Origin: Tricharina praecox | Lineage: Eukaryota | DNA: 64,000 nt | Assembly: GCF_024521635.1 (NCBI RefSeq) | Contig: NW_026250425.1 | Location: 496,001 to 560,000, forward strand | Direction of reading: 5' to 3' | Part shown: piece by piece, positions 60,441-64,000 of the stretch | Position numbering within the stretch: the stretch's first letter is position 1 | Layout of the letters: the number at the start of each line of letters is the position of its first letter | Translations under genes and position numbers: made by a program | Notes under the pieces: generated by a model | What the model was told of the DNA's origin: nothing | Databases searched by the model: none | What the model saw: only the letters and a program-made list of their open reading frames with translations

Positions 60441-61859
60441 GGGCGGTGGTTATTCGCGGGGGAATAATAATAATAGTGAGGTCTTTACGATTTGGTGGGA
60501 AGGAGTAAGGAGTAGATATTAACTATTGCTGCGGTATCGATATGGATATTGATGCTGATACGCATAGTTTCTGTGTCGAGCTTTTTCCCTTTTTCCTCAC
60601 AAAAACCGCCCCACGGCAAGCCTTTTGAGCGATTCTACTCTCGATTGTGAAGCGATGCCCATAGAATGCCAGTGCAACTCACCGGTCCCGCAACTGGCCA
60701 ACACCTTTCGTGGTTGGTCGGCTGGCTAGAAGGAATGGATGGATGGATGCTGCGGTAATTCAATGGAGGTACCAAAACTAAGCCACGGCCGTAACGAGTG
60801 ATGTAGGTAAACAAACTAGAATCGGAAGGGATGGAAGGAGGGGTGCGGGCTGTTATCGTCCTCAAATATTACGCTTGTTTACACACATCTCTTGTACTGG
60901 TACACCCTTATCTCACGTTTTCTATTGCTATTTTTTTCTATGAGGAATTACAGAACCAGGCACGGTGGCCTGGACACGTGATCTGAAGGGAATAGTGGAG
61001 TGGTGTTTACTTCAACTATCATGTACAATACTATGTATTCCAGGAGGAAGTTCGGCGTCCGAAGAAACAATCAGTCGTTCATATCACTTATGTATACTCG
61101 GCGTAGGTTTTCTCACTGCTGTCGAAGGCGAGCCTCATCTTCACTGCGGGACGTATCGACGTATGTGAATTCAAGTATCTAGAATAGTACTAAGCCTCCT
61201 CCGCCTCCTTTGTGGTTCTGGTCTTCATCTAGCTCCGCGTCAGCGTCAACATCGTCCTCGATTGCAAAACTGGCTGTGAGTTTGGACACGATGGCCAAGA
61301 TGCCGAAGAATCGAAGTACTGAGGTGGTTCATGAGGAATGACTTGCCCACTTCCCCGTCTCTCACTCGATTCAATTTTGAAACAGGAAAGGGTTAGCCCT
61401 AGGTGAGCCTCACACGTAAACTTAGGGCTGGGGCTGTCGGGCAAAATTGTTTGTGGGCGTCTGCCTGTGAGGCTTGGCGTAGATTCTGTTATAAATTGAT
61501 CGTCTTCGTCTTTCAAATGTTCTTTTCCTCTCTTCACTTACAACCATCAACAAATATCAAAGACCACTTGGTCATTCGAATTGTAAGATAGCCATCATCG
61601 CCTTACTTGCAACAGTTCTCCACAACAGAACATCGCCCACCCCGGTGGCAAATGTCGGCCGTTCCTCCCTCCCCGAAGGTAAAACCGCACCCACCCACGG
61701 GTCTGATCTCACTTACTGACCGCACCTTGCAGAAAGGAACCAAGGGCTCGGTCGAGACTTCTGCCGCGAGTCCCGCCGCGAGACGTTTCCGGGCCCTGTG
61801 GGCCCCAGGCAGTATCGCGTCGCTGGGCCCCAATAGCTTCCGTCCTGACGGACTATTTC

Positions 61860-62340
61860 CTGGGCCACCGGTGATCGGTGAGTTTCGCTCAATCATATCC
61901 GCGGAGATGGGTACTGACTATGGGGGTTGTGAACAGGAAATCACGCTCAGCAATGGTATTATGCACGCCGTGGACTCATTCCTGCGACTACCTGTGTCGG
62001 TTTCCGCAACGGGCGATGAGATGAGATTAGTACCGTTTATGAACGTCCTCCAGGGATCAAAATTGGACTCGCTACTGAATTGGCACCCCCTGACGACCGT
62101 TTTCGTACCTGAAAGATGTTCGAGAATTTGCCCAAGCGCCGCGAGCTCATCGATATTGTGGCGTGTGTCCTCCGCTCCCCATCCTGTTGAAGACGGCCAC
62201 TGACTAGGGTAATAGCTATCACGTCCTTGAGAACGGAACGATGTTCTCTACCGACCTCAAGGCTTTCGCACGTCAAAAGAACAGCCCGGTGTCTACTATG
62301 CTGACGACTATTCACGGCGGCCTTCTAGAGGTAGTCGGCT
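61860..62340 (+). pseudogene. Fasciclin (FAS1-domain) gene relic
   Basis: H2 motif ITLSNGIMHAVDSFLRLP, next-domain H1 motif TTVFVP, a frameshift to MFENLP..IVACVLR, then (after a branch/acceptor with no GT donor) YHVLENGTMFSTDL..LTTIHGGLLEV. No clear start, signal peptide or final H2 motif. Confidence 0.65.
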
Positions 62341-62434
62341 GCATAAATACGCAGCCGATGGAGGAATTTTTTTTCCCTGATGTATTTACATGAGAGTTGA
62401 GACATAACGACTCTGCATTCGATTGTATGCGTAC

Positions 62435-63132
62435 CAGAAGAGTGAATGAGACTTTTTATTATGAATGAAGCCCGAAAGAGTGAATGGAGCTGGGAGGTTG
62501 AGTGTGGCCGGCAGAGTGAATGGGACTCTGATATTGAATGAAGCCCGAAAAATGAATAGACCTACTAGGAAGCGTGAATGTGACTTTTGCCAATGAACGA
62601 GGTCCATACGACTCCTCGAACGAGCGACAATTCACGCAGTGCGAACCAGTGACGTACCCACCTGCGCGTCGAGTCCCGACGATCGCTTTGGAGCAACCAT
62701 CAAGCCTAGCTCAATACGTTTTCCCCGCCGAGGCCGGAAGACGACGAGGCCAGCCGCCGGAATCGTCCCGATACGTGGCTCAATCATCCGACCACCCACA
62801 GCAAGAGCATTTATACCTACCGGATTTTTGGGAATCTATCCCCCCTTGTGTGATGAGTGTAGGTAGTTGCGTGCGAGCTGCAGTGCAGGAGAGTGCTTAG
62901 AAATTGGGCTAGGCCTAAGTGAGGCCTGCAAAGGTGGGGAAGGCTAGGGGGTCGGTATGGCTTCGAAAGAGGGGGTACAGCCGGTGAAAGCGAATATACC
63001 CTGGGGGAGTGAATTAGAGTTGGGGGGTTGAGTGTGGCTCGGAAGAGTGAATAAACCTGGGAGGTTAAGTGTGGCCCGGAAGAGTGATTGAGACTTTTGA
63101 TATTGAATGAAGCCTGAAAGAATGAGTAAACC
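62435..63132. repeat. Two related, internally repetitive blocks in direct orientation (62435-62560 and 63005-63132)
   Basis: Both contain CTGGGAGGTT(G/A)AGTGTGGCC..AGAGTGA..GACT..TGATATTGAATGAAGCC(C/T)GAAA. Confidence 0.8.
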
Positions 63133-64000
63133 TTGAATTTATACGAGATCCACTAGAAGAACAAAAAAAGGCGGGGGGCGGGGGGGCGGGGGGACGGGGT
63201 TGTCAGCGCACCTTAGACATATATCCGTCGGGCCTGGCACCCCGAACACGAGGCCGGCGATTTCCATAGACGTTATCTCGAGATGCGCATCGGGAGCGGG
63301 GCAATGTCCATTTTCGCGTACCTCCCATGGACATTATATGCCGTTGACTGAGTACCCCGCATGAACCCGCAGGCTCGCATTACATATCCATTGATTGCAT
63401 GCGACATACCTAGCTAAGTAGATCATGGCAACATACACCCGCACACACTCTCTCCGCTTCCCCGCAGGCTCCTATTACTCTAATTCAGCTTCACGCGCCA
63501 AAGCAAGAAAAACCGGGATCGAGTGCTAGGTGATGAGTAAACCCCACATTTCCACCGCCAACGTTGTGATGGTACAAAGATACCTGGTGCCCATCTCTAT
63601 CGAGGTCATAGAATGCACCATGTATGCACCTTTGTACTCCTTACACACTTGCACACTCGTATATACTCAATCGTGCCCGCCCGGAGCCCATCATTGATCT
63701 CATCCTTGATCTCATCCTTGATCCCAGAACGACGGAATTCACGGAGCCCTTCCGACTTTGAGCCCTTCGAGTACCTACCGATACCAATAAGTACCGATAT
63801 AAACACTGCGGCTTCTAGAAGCTCATAAGCCGGTTAGGTACCTATGTGTATAGAATAGAGTAGAGTCTTTCCCCAATCCCCAGCGGGGGAGCCGGGTACA
63901 GCTAGATCGTCAAGACAGCCACAATCGTCCCGTGTTGTGCTGTGCCGTCTCGTGCTATATATCGTCCCAAAACCGCCAGCAAGACTCAAATATACCATAT

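Overview
This is eukaryotic DNA from a filamentous ascomycete (Pezizomycotina; species not identifiable from this window). Genes are split by short GT..AG introns with CTRAC/CTAAY branch sites, so the six-frame track fragments most of them. By-eye spliced models: adenylate cyclase (minus, runs off the left edge, with a first exon the ORF track misses), a metallo-beta-lactamase-fold hydrolase, the inner nuclear membrane protein Src1/Heh1, a highly repetitive GPI-type cell-wall protein, a group II PLP decarboxylase, a WLM/Wss1-like metalloprotease head-to-head with an F-box-like gene, a PilB-type eisosome protein head-to-head with Dopey/DopA, a DUF2293 protein with a repetitive N-terminus, and four hypothetical genes. 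All seven complete multi-exon models besides the cyclase sum to whole codons. Non-coding structure: a 171-bp TA-flanked foldback MITE (8676-8846), several local duplications, and a rearranged right end (58.1-63.2 kb) containing a CT minisatellite, a 22-bp satellite with 102-bp higher-order structure fused to a duplicated promoter/5' end of the next gene, a CAGTC/GACTG foldback that supplies that gene's stop codon, and a fasciclin pseudogene. I found no supportable rRNA, tRNA, CRISPR array, transposase or biosynthetic cluster. No new biological system can be claimed with confidence; the best leads are the 58-60 kb composite, the MITE and the YKGVP-repeat wall protein. Family assignments come from motif recognition, not database searches.
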